A DNA stretch of 63,775 nucleotides, filler included, from Neolecta irregularis DAH-3 (GCA_001929475.1; 5 parts of 5 records of this genome joined end to end with filler, not necessarily neighbours in it); one strand, 5' to 3'; shown: positions 50,107 through 62,349, counted from the first letter of the whole stretch. The notes: generated by a model from the letters alone, not told the origin. Program-made: numbers and translations.

Positions 50107-50945
50107 ATGGGTATTATGTCGATCTCAGAGCATAATTTTAACCCAAGGAAGATACATTGGCTTATCATCCCCTAATAACACAAACCCTTGCGTATTCATC
50201 AACAGTGGTGGGTAGAGATAAAATCTACCGGGCACTTCAGTACTGGTCTCGGTTTTATGCCTGGTATCTATATCGTAAAGGATATTCAAATGAAACAATC
50301 GAACCCTGGACCGCGCTTAAAAGTCATCTCGGTACAGCGAGGAAACTCATGCGAATCGGGAAAACCGTTGAGCACCTCAAGGCTGCTGCAGTTGCACTTA
50401 GAGATCGGAGCTCAAAAAATGATATACTGAGATACTTAGGAGTCATTAGACAACTTGGTTATGGAGGGTATCTCACGTTAGATATTGCTTCTTGGGCAAA
50501 CCTCGCTACGGAGTTTTAACTTATATTTCAGGCATATTCAGTTAAGTTTATCACGCTAAATAATCCCAAAAAGGTAGCAGAAGACGCCTATCGATTTTGG
50601 GCTGTGGGTTTAATCACTAGTATTGTTGCCGGATTATATAAACTCCATATCAATCTAGCTTCCGCCAAAGAACTCGCCTCAGAGGAGAAGACTGGGCCTA
50701 CCAATATCAAAATCAGAAGATTGCAAAAGTGCCATCTTGTATGTGGTATATTCTTATAATCTAGTGATCAAACTGCAATCTTTTATCAATTGATCCAAGA
50801 TTTCCTTGATATCACTATTCCAGGATCTGCCCTGGATTACTTCAAATTAGATGATGGGCTTGTTGGATTGGCTGGTGTAATCAGCAGCTTTATGGGTGCA
50901 AGAACTCAGTGGAAGAAAGTTGCAGCAAAAGACAAGGCTGCTTGA
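50107..50945 (+). CDS. PEX11: Peroxisomal membrane protein Pex11 (4 exons)
   Basis: LAYHP, TVVGRDKIYRALQYWSRFYAW, ARKLMRIGKTVEHLKAA, RQLGYGGYLTLD, AYRFWAVG, LIQDFLDITIPG, DDGLVGLAGVISS. Confidence 0.94.
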
Positions 50946-51592
50946 TAGACCGATTCCTGTATATGAGCTTCACTCGATACTTTTCGTTATCTACTGCTAT
51001 TTGATTTTCTTTACTAGTTTATGTTTTGAATCGTATGATTTATGTGTTTGTACGGGGAATTACATCAATCATATTGCACAAGATCTACGAAAGACAGCAA
51101 CTATGAACATGGTATAAAAAGATCCAAATCATTTCAATTGCATAAATTTGGAAACCTCTATTTGTGATTCCACCTTTCTCCTAAACACGGCTTCTTTCAT
51201 GTCTAAAGTTTCTGAGAAAATATTGTAATATAGTTCCCCCTCTTCATTATAGATATCTGTTGCAATAATTCCACCCTACCTCTTTAGAGAGCAGATGTTC
51301 AGTGCTAACTCTTTTCTATGAATAATTAATAAGAGAGACAAATCAAAGGGCAATATATAAGAAGTTGAGAAACTAGCAGCGGGCTGCCTATTTCTCGGCC
51401 CCTCTTTGCAAGAATTGGTTAGAATTTAACAGTTTCATCATTGTATCTGGCTACTAAGTTATGATGAGGTAGGTTTGCGTTTCCTATAATTTCATTCAGG
51501 TGCATTTGAAAACCGGCCAAGCCATTTCAGAAGGATATTCTAATGGCTTAAGGCTTTACTGAATGCTCAAATATTATTTCTCCCTTTCCAAC

Positions 51593-52549
51593 TTACAAAT
51601 GATCCCCACGAGCACTTCTCTGGCTCAAAACACCACCTTCTGTGCTCAGTAGCGGTGATTGCTCAACTCCTTGTTTTTCCTGAGAACTCGGATAGAGAAT
51701 GTAGTGTTGGAGGATAAAGACAAGATCAAAGAATATAGATAACGCTCCCAGACCGAGTTTTGTAGGGTTACCAAAGGACGACTTCCAATTTCCTGTCATT
51801 GATGCATCGACAAGCAGCTGTGCGTCGGAGAGAATCCCACCAGCTAAATCCTACAACGTCAGCTATAACAACAGTGAAAGGTTTACAAGAAGGACATTAT
51901 GTATGCTCCAGCCAGTGGTGGATCTAAAACAGTGATTCAGAATGATTTGTGGGATGTATTTGACAATTGATACCTACAATTTGTGAAATTATCTCAAAGT
52001 GTTCGTACCAATAGTTTAACATAGCTCAGCAAATAAACAACGTCCAAAGCACTCATCCCGAACTCCCAAATTCCAGGAATCAAAATGATAGTCCCGATAA
52101 TAACACTCCTTGAGACAATTGTACTCTGTTGACCCTCAGCTCGAGGATACCACAAGGTCTGAATCAGCGATATTGACGACATGACAAAAGCGTGAAATGA
52201 GAAGAGGAAATCGTTCCATTGAACCAGCGGTTCTGTGCCATTTCTGCGCCAGTACTCTTCGCGGATGGTAGGTGAGGTGAGAAGTGCGACATTGAAGATT
52301 GTATATGCCAGAAACCCAGTCACCTAGTAGCTAAGGACCGACTAATGAATATATCATCAAAGTACATTCAAGTAAACGAAATCAATACTCAGACCGCCTA
52401 CATGTTTACGCCGGAAATTCAACACGACCTGGAAATAAAAACTCCCAGACCATACCAGGGTATAGGCCTATAATATTTATAAGCATCAGCAGTCAGTAGG
52501 AAGATACCCAGCCTAGCAATCTTGAAAGTGCAGAGAGGATAAGTGACAT
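51593..52549 (-). CDS. ERS1: Cystinosin/ERS1-like PQ-loop vacuolar transporter (5 exons)
   Basis: [55 protein letters not shown]...[38 protein letters not shown]. Confidence 0.9.
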
Positions 52550-52928
52550 TATTGCGGCCAAAGACAAAAGGCACCCTGCCGTTCCGTTGCTCAAGAGTAA
52601 GGAGTGTGGGTACTGATCTCGTGGAATGAAGTGCTAGTGAGTACCACGTGCAGTGAAGCGATACCAACCGATAGTTCACGTTAAGCATTAATAATTCCAT
52701 CATTGAAAATTCCAGGATTCAACTACAGATACTGAGTTCTCAAGACTCAACAAAGGTATATGCCCTCATTTATAAACGAGTAGTCTATCACCGATTGATC
52801 CTTTACTTGCGATCCATGAAGAGACAGCAGACTGAAAATCTCTAATGTATATCTAATGGGCTCTAAAGATCATTTAAAGACATCAAACACAACCAAATTA
52901 TCTATAGGACGATAGTCCCGAATCTCTT

Positions 52929-55097
52929 TTACTCTTTTCCAACAGGGCCGGTTGGAACCCTTCCAAAATTTGAATCCATATCCTGAATGTATCAAACAGG
53001 AATAAATGAATTAAACTTACCAATATTAATTTTAGCGCATTTCGACTTCGAAGATATCCGAGATCGCTTTCCTTCTTCATCGCACTCACAACAAGTGGCT
53101 TTGTTTCTGACCCGGGGAATTTTATGAGACTCTGAAGAACCTCATAGCATGCCAATGTGGCTCCGAACTGGGGACTCGATCGAAGAACTCGAGCTCCAGC
53201 ACCTTTGAATAGTGCACGGATTCCTTCTTCTTTGAGGATAGTTGTAAATGCATGCGGAATGTTGCGGTAATTTGTTTGACCTTTCCGTAATTCTGCTTGC
53301 AGTCGCGTTTTTATCACATCAGCGGGTGTAGTTAGTGCTGCTGCCGGAGCACCGGCGACCGCCCCAGAGATCAAGAGTTGGATGATACCGAGTCTCTGAG
53401 TCGGACCCTCTCCATACCAATCTTTTTTCACGTGTGCATATGTAGGGAAGTAAATTGCGCTAAAAGGAATGTCTCGTAATAAACAGGCTGAGGCTCCTTT
53501 GTATAATCCCAATAAACCGAGGTTTTTTACATGCCAAAGTGCTGATCGTTTGGGAACACCTTCGACCTGTTTTGCAACTTCCCCTTGGATTTGAAGACGG
53601 ATTTTCACTATTTCCAGGGGGTTTGTGAAGATCTGTAGGGTTATTGGACGAGAATTTGAAGAAGTGGACATACCACTTGACACCCTCCTGCAGTTGCACC
53701 AGCAAGAATTTCAAAGGGCAGAGCGATTCTTCCATCCTTGCCTTTGGCTTTGTTTCGAATTAAATCGTTAACAGTTAGTTTGATTGCCTTTTCTGGTGCG
53801 ACGCCCTGGATTTCAGTTCCCTCGTCCAGCTCTAGTATGATACCACTAATTGCGGCAACAAGCCACTGTAAAGACCCTTCACACCTTCATTAGTAATCAC
53901 TTTCTTTGCACAATCGATGCTGTTCTTGTAAAGAAGTTCGCCAACGACTTTACTTCGTTGATTTTGCATCCGTGTTTTGATTAAATCGATTGGATAGACG
54001 ATTGTGGCTCCAAACGCACCTGCAAACGCACCCAAAGTAAAATGATATAGAGACTGTGCAACATCGTGCAAAAATGAGGCGCTATCTGATTTTGACTTTA
54101 CACGAGGTTTTGAAATGGAAGTTAAAGGTTCTCTCCAACTAGCATCTACAACCTTTTCGAAATCAGAGACGCTGAGACGACCAGAAGGATTATCGAGACT
54201 TGCAAAGTGGAATAACAGAGCAGTTTCCATTGGGGTTATCATGCTGAATCGCATCGATCTACTTGCTTCGTTTAAGAAATCTGATTTTGTGATTTTCCCA
54301 TTTGGCGTTTTACGAGAAGCGTTTTCGACAATAGTTCCTATTGAATCCATTTCCCTGAGAAGATTGAGAAATGCACGAACATCTGCATAGCTAATTTTCT
54401 GCGACTTTGTGACATTTGAGATCGTATGTAAATTCGCGAGAAGGGCATCACTAAGCTTGTGCGCGGAGGTATCATGGATTATCCTGGCAAATTGATCTGG
54501 TGTAATATACCCTGTACCATTTTTATCGAAATATGCGAAGGCCTGACGGACTCGTTCGCCTTGCAGGCCGCGCAAGAGTTGGGAGAATTCATTGTATGAC
54601 ATATCGTGACGAGTCTTGGAGCCTCCGAGGTAGAGACTCGCCCAGGGACAGTTCCAATTAAATGGAATCGAGTCCGAAGTCGTTCGTTGAGCATAACCTT
54701 CCTGGAACTCTGACCATGAAATTGATCCGTTTCCATCAGTATCGAAGAGTCGAAATGCAATTTCACTGTATTGTTAGCCACTGATACATCAGAATCAGAC
54801 AAACTATTCCGCCTCTGGTTTTGCGAGCAAATTCTGAAATGATATCCACTCATTCAACCCAATTCTCCCAGCTTTCTTACAATCCGCAACATTGAAAAGA
54901 ATAGCGAACTTGGAGCGGGGGATCTTATGGTAATCTTCTCTTTCCGGGGCAATTGCATTTACAAAATCTTGTTGCGTCATGTACTTGTCCCCTGTATCAG
55001 GATCGACGATGGTTGTATTATTCCCGAAAGTAGCTTTTGCGCGCAGGAGATAGGTATCTTCGGAGGAAGAACCTAAGAGGGTTTGAATGACAGCCAT
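52929..55097 (-). CDS. AGC1: Mitochondrial aspartate-glutamate carrier with EF-hands (Agc1/aralar), 5 exons
   Basis: [92 protein letters not shown]. Confidence 0.96.
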
Positions 55098-55265
55098 ATG
55101 GAAAGGCCTGCTGAAACGGGCAGAGACGGAATATTCGGATAGTGGTCGTTGGTTCGGCGATGTATTGGGCGGAGAAGAGCCAACTGGCAAGGTTAGCTCA
55201 CGTGGTGATTTAAAATTTTGTAGTATTTCAACTTTATCACTTTTTCGCCATGAAGGTTAAAACTA

Positions 55266-55462
55266 AGGTGCGTTTGGCAGAACCCTCAAAATAATTTCAT
55301 GAATTCCGATATTGTGAAATTTGAAATTTATTTTGCGTAATTCCAAAAAGCTCGGTTTGCGGTCCCTTGCCAAATTTTACAAAATAGCAATTCCGTTTAC
55401 ATCATAAAACAATGAGGTTATTTTGTGGTTGCAAGACGAAAAACTGACCTCAAAACGCACCC
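55266..55462. mobile_element. PIF/Harbinger (Tourist-like) MITE, ~197 bp
   Basis: Termini AGGTGCGTTT and AAACGCACCC, CTA/TAA flanks and an AT-rich interior. Confidence 0.7.
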
Positions 55463-56025
55463 TAAATCTTGTATATATAAATTATAAGGAGACTGCTTAC
55501 ATACACGCCAGAAATAAACCCTCTGTTTTGAATTGTCGGCGCCCTCTTACACACTACCTGGACTGAAGGAACAGTTTACAATCCACACATGATGAAGGAT
55601 ATGTGGCCATTGCTGGGCTAACTAGATACCAGTTCGCATGATAAAAGGAAACATCCAGTAGCTTCATATTTTTCCTCCACCAAGCAAATATTGTCAAGCC
55701 ATATATTTATCTATTTGCAGGATGTTCAACATTGCATCCTTTTTCGGGGTCTTTGCGTCCAAGCAGGTTCCATCCTATTGACAGTCCTTTAACCAAAGCC
55801 AGGGTATTGATCTTTAAACATTTTATAGCATCCACATGACAAAGAGAACACTGGACCGTTGTTTCACTTGGGGATTCTCAAGTCTATTCCAAACAGGTCA
55901 AGTTAGAACTGGTGCTACTATAGCTCAACTAAAATATGCAACCAACTGGATCTCCCCTGATCTAAAACTCAGAGAAAACTATGTATACCTCATGTATACT
56001 GTAACTGCTATTTTAATGCTTCAAG

Positions 56026-57858
56026 TCACAATCTGGAACGTGCTTTCACTAACAGAGGAGGTCTTATCGCCAGTGTGTAATCTTCAGGCTCATATCGATA
56101 GAAGGGATCTTCCAGTTCCGCATCAAACTGGAATATCCAGTGAGCCAGAGTAAGACGGATCTCCATGTATGCCATACTAAGAGCTGTAAGTCACCTTACC
56201 CCGAGGTACTTTACCTAAATCCGATACACTTGCGAGGTCCAAGAGAAAACGGTTGACTAGATTTCAAAAGAAGATCACAATGGCTTACTACTTTGCTTCA
56301 ACACCAAGAGTTTGATCTTTATCAAATCCATTCTCAAACCATCGTTCCGGGATAAATGATTCGGGGTCTGTGAAATATCTTGCATCTCGAGATAAAGCGT
56401 AGTGACAGTTTGAAAGAGTAACACCTATAGGGAAATGACAACCGGCTACAATGGTATCTGGTGCCGTTGTTAAACGTGGAAGCTCTCCTAGTACTGGCGG
56501 AGCAATTCGAAGAGTCTCCTCAATGACTGCATTTAAATAGGTCAGCGTGGCAAGACGGCGATGACTAATGTCCTCGACTGAATAGAACTCTTTGGCAACC
56601 TCTTGACGGAGTTTTGACTGAGCGAGAGGATTCTTGCAGAGATAGTAAATAGCAGCTGTAATCGTCGCTAGAGAGTGAGTGAAGTATGATACAAAGGAAA
56701 CGGTACAAGAGGTGGTATCGCCGCCCGCACCTCTACATTCGTTAGCAATGTAATATAGTAAGCTTACAGGAATGTCTGCATGATGGATTGAAGGTGGCCT
56801 ATGTCTGCCTCGTCAGTTTCTTCAAATTTCCCGTTATCAACAAGATAATGAAAGAAATCCTTTCGGACACTCTTGGTGGATAATCTTTCTCTCAAACGGT
56901 CATACGATTCCTTTGCGATAAAGATATACAACAAAAAGGTATCGACTCATACCTGAATTACCAAACGTCTTTTTTCAATCAAATTCTTTGGCGAAACGCG
57001 CAGCATAAGGAAGAGCAAATGTGGTGCGATGGCAAACTAGGGTTAGCTTTCTCCAACGATTAGAAGCGTACTACTGATGTCATCCTCACGGAACTTTGAA
57101 CCGCTTCAATGATTGGGTTTTTGACTCCAGTTTCCAGCATCCCATAAGTCTTGGAAAAGCACAAATCTCCTAGAACATCGAAAGTTAGAAAAGTGCTCCA
57201 TAGCGTTATATCCTTCTTTTAGTCAGTTTATAAGAAAATCAATCTACTAAAGGTTGTTTTCCGTCCTTTCCAAACCGTTTTATTCCATTGCAAAAAGCAA
57301 CAACATTCTTCTCAACATACTTCTCCAGTCCTTCAAGAGATCGAGTAGAAAAGGCAGCACTAATCTCGCGACGAAGTTGACCATGAGCAATCTTATTCTG
57401 CTCGTTGAAAACGTTTGAATAACGTAAATCAGCTCGAAAGGCATTGTACCCAGGCGATTTGATGAGTGTCACTCCGTGTTGATGTAGATCTATATAGCTA
57501 TCAATCTTAACCTACAAAAGAGTGCTTTACCTCGTTGTCCCGAGACATTACAGACAGATATATCGTTTAATCCAACTCGTACAATATCACCTAGAACCCG
57601 TTGAGAAAACTCGAACACCTCTCTACCGTATTGTTGATGAAGTCTAGTAAATCTTTTATGTCTTTGGCCCGTGGAAACTTGATATGCGTGCCAAAATGGA
57701 TTAATCTTTGCCCAAAATGGGCCGGGGAATTTGGAAAGCGGACAGAAATATAGCTGGTATAATATCCAGCAAAGAGTCTTTAGTAGACATTAGTAAGAAA
57801 TTGTCAATTTGCATACTGGTAGAATGACAGACGTAAAGAGGAATATTGCTTGTTGCAT
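56026..57858 (-). CDS. Cytochrome P450 monooxygenase, about 11 exons
   Basis: CPLSKFPGPFWAK, LHQQYGDIVRVG, TFDVLGDLCFSKTYGML, GAGGDTTS (I helix), YLNAVIEETLR (ExxR), FIPERWF, FSLGPRKCIG (heme). Confidence 0.95.
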
Positions 57859-59000
57859 GTTAGTTCACAAGAGCAAATAACAATGAATATCAGAGTGACA
57901 AGAGCGCCAGCATTGCTACTCTATATAAAGCAACAACTGCACTATTCATAGCAAATTATAGAATGCCAAGCTCTCTTTGTTCTATTTCTAATCAAACAAC
58001 TTCTTCCGGAGGCAGTCCTCGGGATTTGTCCTAAAATCTGATAGTCAGCCCGAGTCCGCTAAGTCTGGCCAATGATTGTGTCGCTGCCTTCTGTTGGTTT
58101 AATTAATGAGACAGATAATGGGCTTTTATCTGGAGTATCATACGTAAGTCCCGATTAAATCAATATACATTTGTTTAATATACTACAGGCAAAAGCGAGA
58201 TCTAGTCCTAATTAACAGATTACAGAGTTCTAGTATGGGATTCTACTATCACAAGACTATTACATCCATATGAAGGAATATTGCTTTGGAAGCTAATGAT
58301 TCCATGCGTGATTGATATTAAGATATTGTGTTACAGAAGCCGGAAGCCGAAGTCACAGGTGCCTCATCAGTTCGAACGTTGAGGAATTCAGGCTGAAGAC
58401 CGTACTTAGGCGAACAAAAGGAGCTCACAACAAAGGCATATGATCACCTGTAAGCTAGTCTTTGGAAGACGTTCAAAGGTGGTTTCAGTATAGAACAGAA
58501 CAATCATTGATACATCCCGTTAGGGAGATATCTCCATACCAGTGCAATGAAGATATTAAATGCCAGCCAAGTAGAAAACATGAAGTAGATGGTGACAAAA
58601 AAGAGTTAGATGATGAAGCACTCCAAGGGAGATCTTTGGTTACAGAAGGTGTTGCGGTTCGGCCGTGTGCCTAAACGGACTCTATCACGTGATATTAGAT
58701 CTGATGAACAAGTATGTTGATTTGTTTTTGTCCATGCCATCCGTAGCTGTCTCACGTTACTGCCCTACTCTATCTTCTCATTCTTCCACTTTGTCTCCTA
58801 CCTGTGCTCAAACTGACTCTGCAGGTAGCAGCTGCCCCGCTGCCGCTGTTTGACCACACCCTCCTCGCGGTCAGCATCAGCGTCTCACTCCCTGNNNNNN
58901 NNNNNNNNNNNNNNNNNNNNNNNNNNNNNNNNNNNNNNTTAATTAATTAANNNNNNNNNNNNNNNNNNNNNNNNNNNNNNNNNNNNNNNNNNNNCTATAG

Positions 59001-60378
59001 GACGTGTCAGAATGGTTGAGTTATCTTATGTTTGATTTTCTTGGAATTTTCTGTTTTGGAAAGCCTTATGGAATGCTCGAAAGTGCCGCTCTCCAGACGC
59101 TACCCGATTTCATCGAGTCTACAGTGATAATATTTAGTTACGTAAGTCTCCTTCCAGTCGTCATAGTTCAGGGGGACAGGGGTTTTTGATGCCATGGATT
59201 GAGCCGATGAAACGATTTTTCACTCCAAAATCTCTTGCCAGAAAGAGAGAAGCTATTTTCGAGGTAAGACCTTCCTCCCTCGCGCGTTAGTGGTCCTGAT
59301 GGGTAAGGACTGTAAGAATCGAGCCAATGAACGTATTTCTCGAGGGAGCCAGAAAAATGATCTTTTTGAAACAGTCTATCAATACGTAAAGGGTCTAAGC
59401 GACGAACCAGAGATTGTGAATAGGCATCTCATTGCCAACTTGGAAATATTCGTGTAAGTCTGATTGCCTTTTATTTTTTGAATAACTGGCAGAATTGGTG
59501 GAAGCGATACCACTGCATGTATATTCCATGATTTCATCACATGATAACATCCAGCAATGCTCACTGCTGCTTTTTTCCATATCGCACAACACCCTAATGT
59601 TTTACAGAATCTCCGTCTTGAGTTGGATCCATTGATGCCAAATCAAATAACAGGCCATAAACTTGCTGAACTACCATATTTGAATGCAGTGATCAAGGAA
59701 ACTCTTCGATTTTGCNNNNNNNNNNGTTCCATGATTTCATCACATGATAACATCCAGCAATGCTCACTGCTGCTTTTTTCCATATCGCGCAACACCCTAA
59801 TGTTTTACAGAATCTCCGTCTTGAGTTGGATCCATTGATGCCAAATCAAATCACAGGCCATAAACTTGCTGAACTACCATATTTGAATGCAGTGATCAAG
59901 GAAACTCTTCGATTTTGCCCGCCTGCACTTTTATTGCTTCCACGATGGGCAATGGACGATGTTGAAATTGGAGGCTGTATCATCCCGAAGCACACCTCTG
60001 TCATTGTACCGAATTGGTCTATTTTCCGCGATGCAAGATATTTCACACAACCGGATGCCTTCATACCGGAAAGATGGCTAGATCCTACATTTCGTCTTGA
60101 ACAAACATTTGGGAAATCTGCACATCTACCTTTTTCCACGGGCATCCATTCTTGCATAGGACAAACGTACGGGTGACTTTGAAAACTGCGGGCATTCTCG
60201 TTAACTTTGGATTAGACTCGCGCAACTGGAAATGCGTCTTACGCTGGCCTACTGGGTTTCGGCTTTTGATGCCGTCCTCGTTGATCCAAATTCGTCGTTT
60301 GAATTCGAGGAACATTTTGTTCTTTCCAAAGCTCATTGTCGCATTAGAGCATACCCTCGCGACATGACCTACGTGTGA
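59001..60378 (+). CDS. Cytochrome P450 paralog, 3' part (5' end lost in gap; contains an assembly overlap)
   Basis: WLSYLMFDFLGIFCFGKPYGMLE, GGSDTTA, YLNAVIKETLR, FIPERWL, PFSTGIHSCIG, LAQLEMRLTLA. Confidence 0.92.
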
Positions 60379-60645
60379 TGAATGATGTTGAAATGATTGC
60401 CCAGAAGTGACTTGGCTGATAGCTTCACAATATAATGAGATAACTATGTAATTGGGTGGGGTTCCCTCACAAGAATACAGAATTCTGGTTAGGCGGCAAA
60501 TCTCCTGTTTGGTTTGCTGTTGATCTTGATCCTACCTGAGAGCTCTTATATAATATATATTAGATGGCGCACCTGGTGTCTGATAGTATGCTCTTCCATC
60601 ATAAAGCCTGCTGCTCGAATACAGCAAGTAGGTTAAACTCCCAGA

Positions 60646-60848
60646 TGTAGCCACCGAATTTATCTCCCTGTCTCACTTTGTCTCCACCAAGTCACCTGAT
60701 GACATCTTCAATGTATATAAATATTGCATGTGAGTAAAGACTGAACCAATCTATACTCAGCGTAGTACAAGATCAGACCTTACCTATACTCAACGTAGTA
60801 CAAGATGAGTATAGGTGAAGATCAAGTTATCTACTTTTAGTATTTACA
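60646..60848 (+). mobile_element. Possible solo LTR with an internal direct repeat
   Basis: TGTAG...TTTACA termini, TATATAAA, and CTATACTCA.CGTAGTACAAGAT repeated twice; no TSD. Confidence 0.35.
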
Positions 60849-60938
60849 TAACCCTTATTGACTCATTCCTCTTCATTCCCTATTACCATCTAATGACGGT
60901 TCTTGTCTTAGCTCCATTCCTTAGAGCCACTAGAATGT

Positions 60939-61089
60939 AGTCTAACCCAACCCCACCGGAGACCCTCCGGCGGGCGGGCAGTTCAATCAATCTACGGCAG
61001 GCAGGCGGGCTGGTCAAAATGTATTTTTTGACAATTAGGATAATAGTTATACCACTGGCTAGCGTTTATTCAGCTTCAAAGAGGGAAAT
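60939..61089 (-). mobile_element. Terminal fragment of the CCCGC-repeat hAT family, truncated by gap
   Basis: GGAGACCCTCCGGCGGGCGGGC is the reverse complement of the subterminal sequence at about 17021-17042. Confidence 0.75.
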
Positions 61090-61262
61090 NNNNNNNNNNN
61101 NNNNNNNNNNNNNNNNNNNNNNNNNNNNNNNNNTTAATTAATTAANNNNNNNNNNNNNNNNNNNNNNNNNNNNNNNNNNNNNNNNNNNNATAAAAGGTTA
61201 TTTCCCATTCATCCTCAATGATAAAAGGTTATTTCCCATTCATCCTCAACGATAAGAACTAT

Positions 61263-62216
61263 TTAAAGAAAATCACCGAATTGACGCTGTTGTAAAACGA
61301 GATGGTGCTGCTGGACGCTGCGTTCCATCAATTCGAGCAAATCGCCCTTTCCTGTACCGCTATGGCTCAAATAGATCAACAAGTCAGTTTGGCCAGCGTC
61401 ATCTTGGATGTCGCAGATGTTTGAGATGCTGACTCTGGTGGAGTCGAGGACGTCGACGGGGGTGGGCAAGGTGAAGCCGGAGATGTAGTTTTGTTTTTCG
61501 CATTTGAGCAGGTTCTCGTACAAGAGGTCGAGGGGGCCCCAGTATCTTTTTAGTTTTGCGAGAAAGGCCATGCCGGAGGCGAAGAGCTGTTTTCCCATGG
61601 TGTCGTTTTCCTTCTTTGTGAATTTCTGAGAGTGGAAGAGGTTTGCGGTGTAGATGACGAAGCCGAGGACGGGGGCGGTGCTTGCGGGGATTTCCAAAGA
61701 GGTTGAGCAGAGGAGCATTGTTATTTCGTAGGCCTGCTTGAAGCATATTTCTGCGCGCTGGCGGAGGTAGTCTGGGGGGGGTTTTTCCAAAATGTCTTTG
61801 GGGAGACAGAAGCGGTTGAGGACCGTTTTGGAGACGAGGTGGAGGGCGTGGGAGACGATAAAGTTTGGCAGCTGGCCAGCGAGGGCGTGGGCGTCGAGGT
61901 TGTCTGTGGACAGGCGGAGCTGGGCGGGCAGCTGCTGGGCCCAGATATCGAGCTCGAGCTGGAGCAGGGCGAACTTTGAGGTCGGGGCCCAGGGCGGTTC
62001 GAGCGAGGGCTGGTAGACGTACTTGGACACCTTTCCCCACAGGCTGACGATCTTGATGAAGGCGGAGTAGAGGCCGACGGGGGGGTCTGGCGAGGCGAGG
62101 CGGGTGGTCGCGACGGGCAGGTCTGCGATGTAGTTGTGTTCGGGGGCGGGCAGCTGGATCTGGCAGTCCTCCTCGTTGATTGCGCAGGGGCGGTACGAGC
62201 CGTTGGAGTTGAGGCG
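61263..62216 (-). CDS. Fungal-specific transcription factor (Zn2Cys6-associated middle homology region), last exon only
   Basis: Acceptor CTAACGCTCCAG, then RLNSNGSYRPCAINEEDCQIQLPAPE...SAFIKIVSLWGKVSKYV...PPWAPTSKFALLQLELDIW...LPAQLRL, typical of fungal_trans/MHR proteins; 5' end lies in the gap. Confidence 0.85.
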   Translation of the reverse strand, partial: RLNSNGSYRPCAINEEDCQIQLPAPEHNYIADLPVATTRLASPDPPVGLYSAFIKIVSLWGKVSKYVYQPSLEPPWAPTSKFALLQLELDIWAQQLPAQLRLSTDNLDAHALAGQLPNFIVSHALHLVSKTVLNRFCLPKDILEKPPPDYLRQRAEICFKQAYEITMLLCSTSLEIPASTAPVLGFVIYTANLFHSQKFTKKENDTMGKQLFASGMAFLAKLKRYWGPLDLLYENLLKCEKQNYISGFTLPTPVDVLDSTRVSISNICDIQDDAGQTDLLIYLSHSGTGKGDLLELMERSVQQHHLVLQQRQFGDFL

Positions 62217-62349
62217 CTGGAGCGTTAGGCGGGGCGGGGCGGGGCGGGGNNNNNNNNNNNNNNNNNNNNNNNNNNNNNNNNNNNNNNNNNNNNTTAATTA
62301 ATTAANNNNNNNNNNNNNNNNNNNNNNNNNNNNNNNNNNNNNNNNNNNN

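Noticed and set aside
59524-59918. Near-identical ~190 bp direct repeat within the second P450
   Set aside because: The copies flank a 10-N gap and differ at about 2 positions, typical of an unmerged contig overlap rather than exon duplication.
61190-61255. 31 bp direct repeat beside a gap
   Set aside because: Contig-edge duplication, probably an artefact; no spacer structure, so not CRISPR-like.
61399-62040. 213 aa Arg/Pro-rich overlapping ORF, and other antisense or alternate-frame ORFs over real genes
   Set aside because: Shadow ORFs produced by codon bias in the true reading frame.
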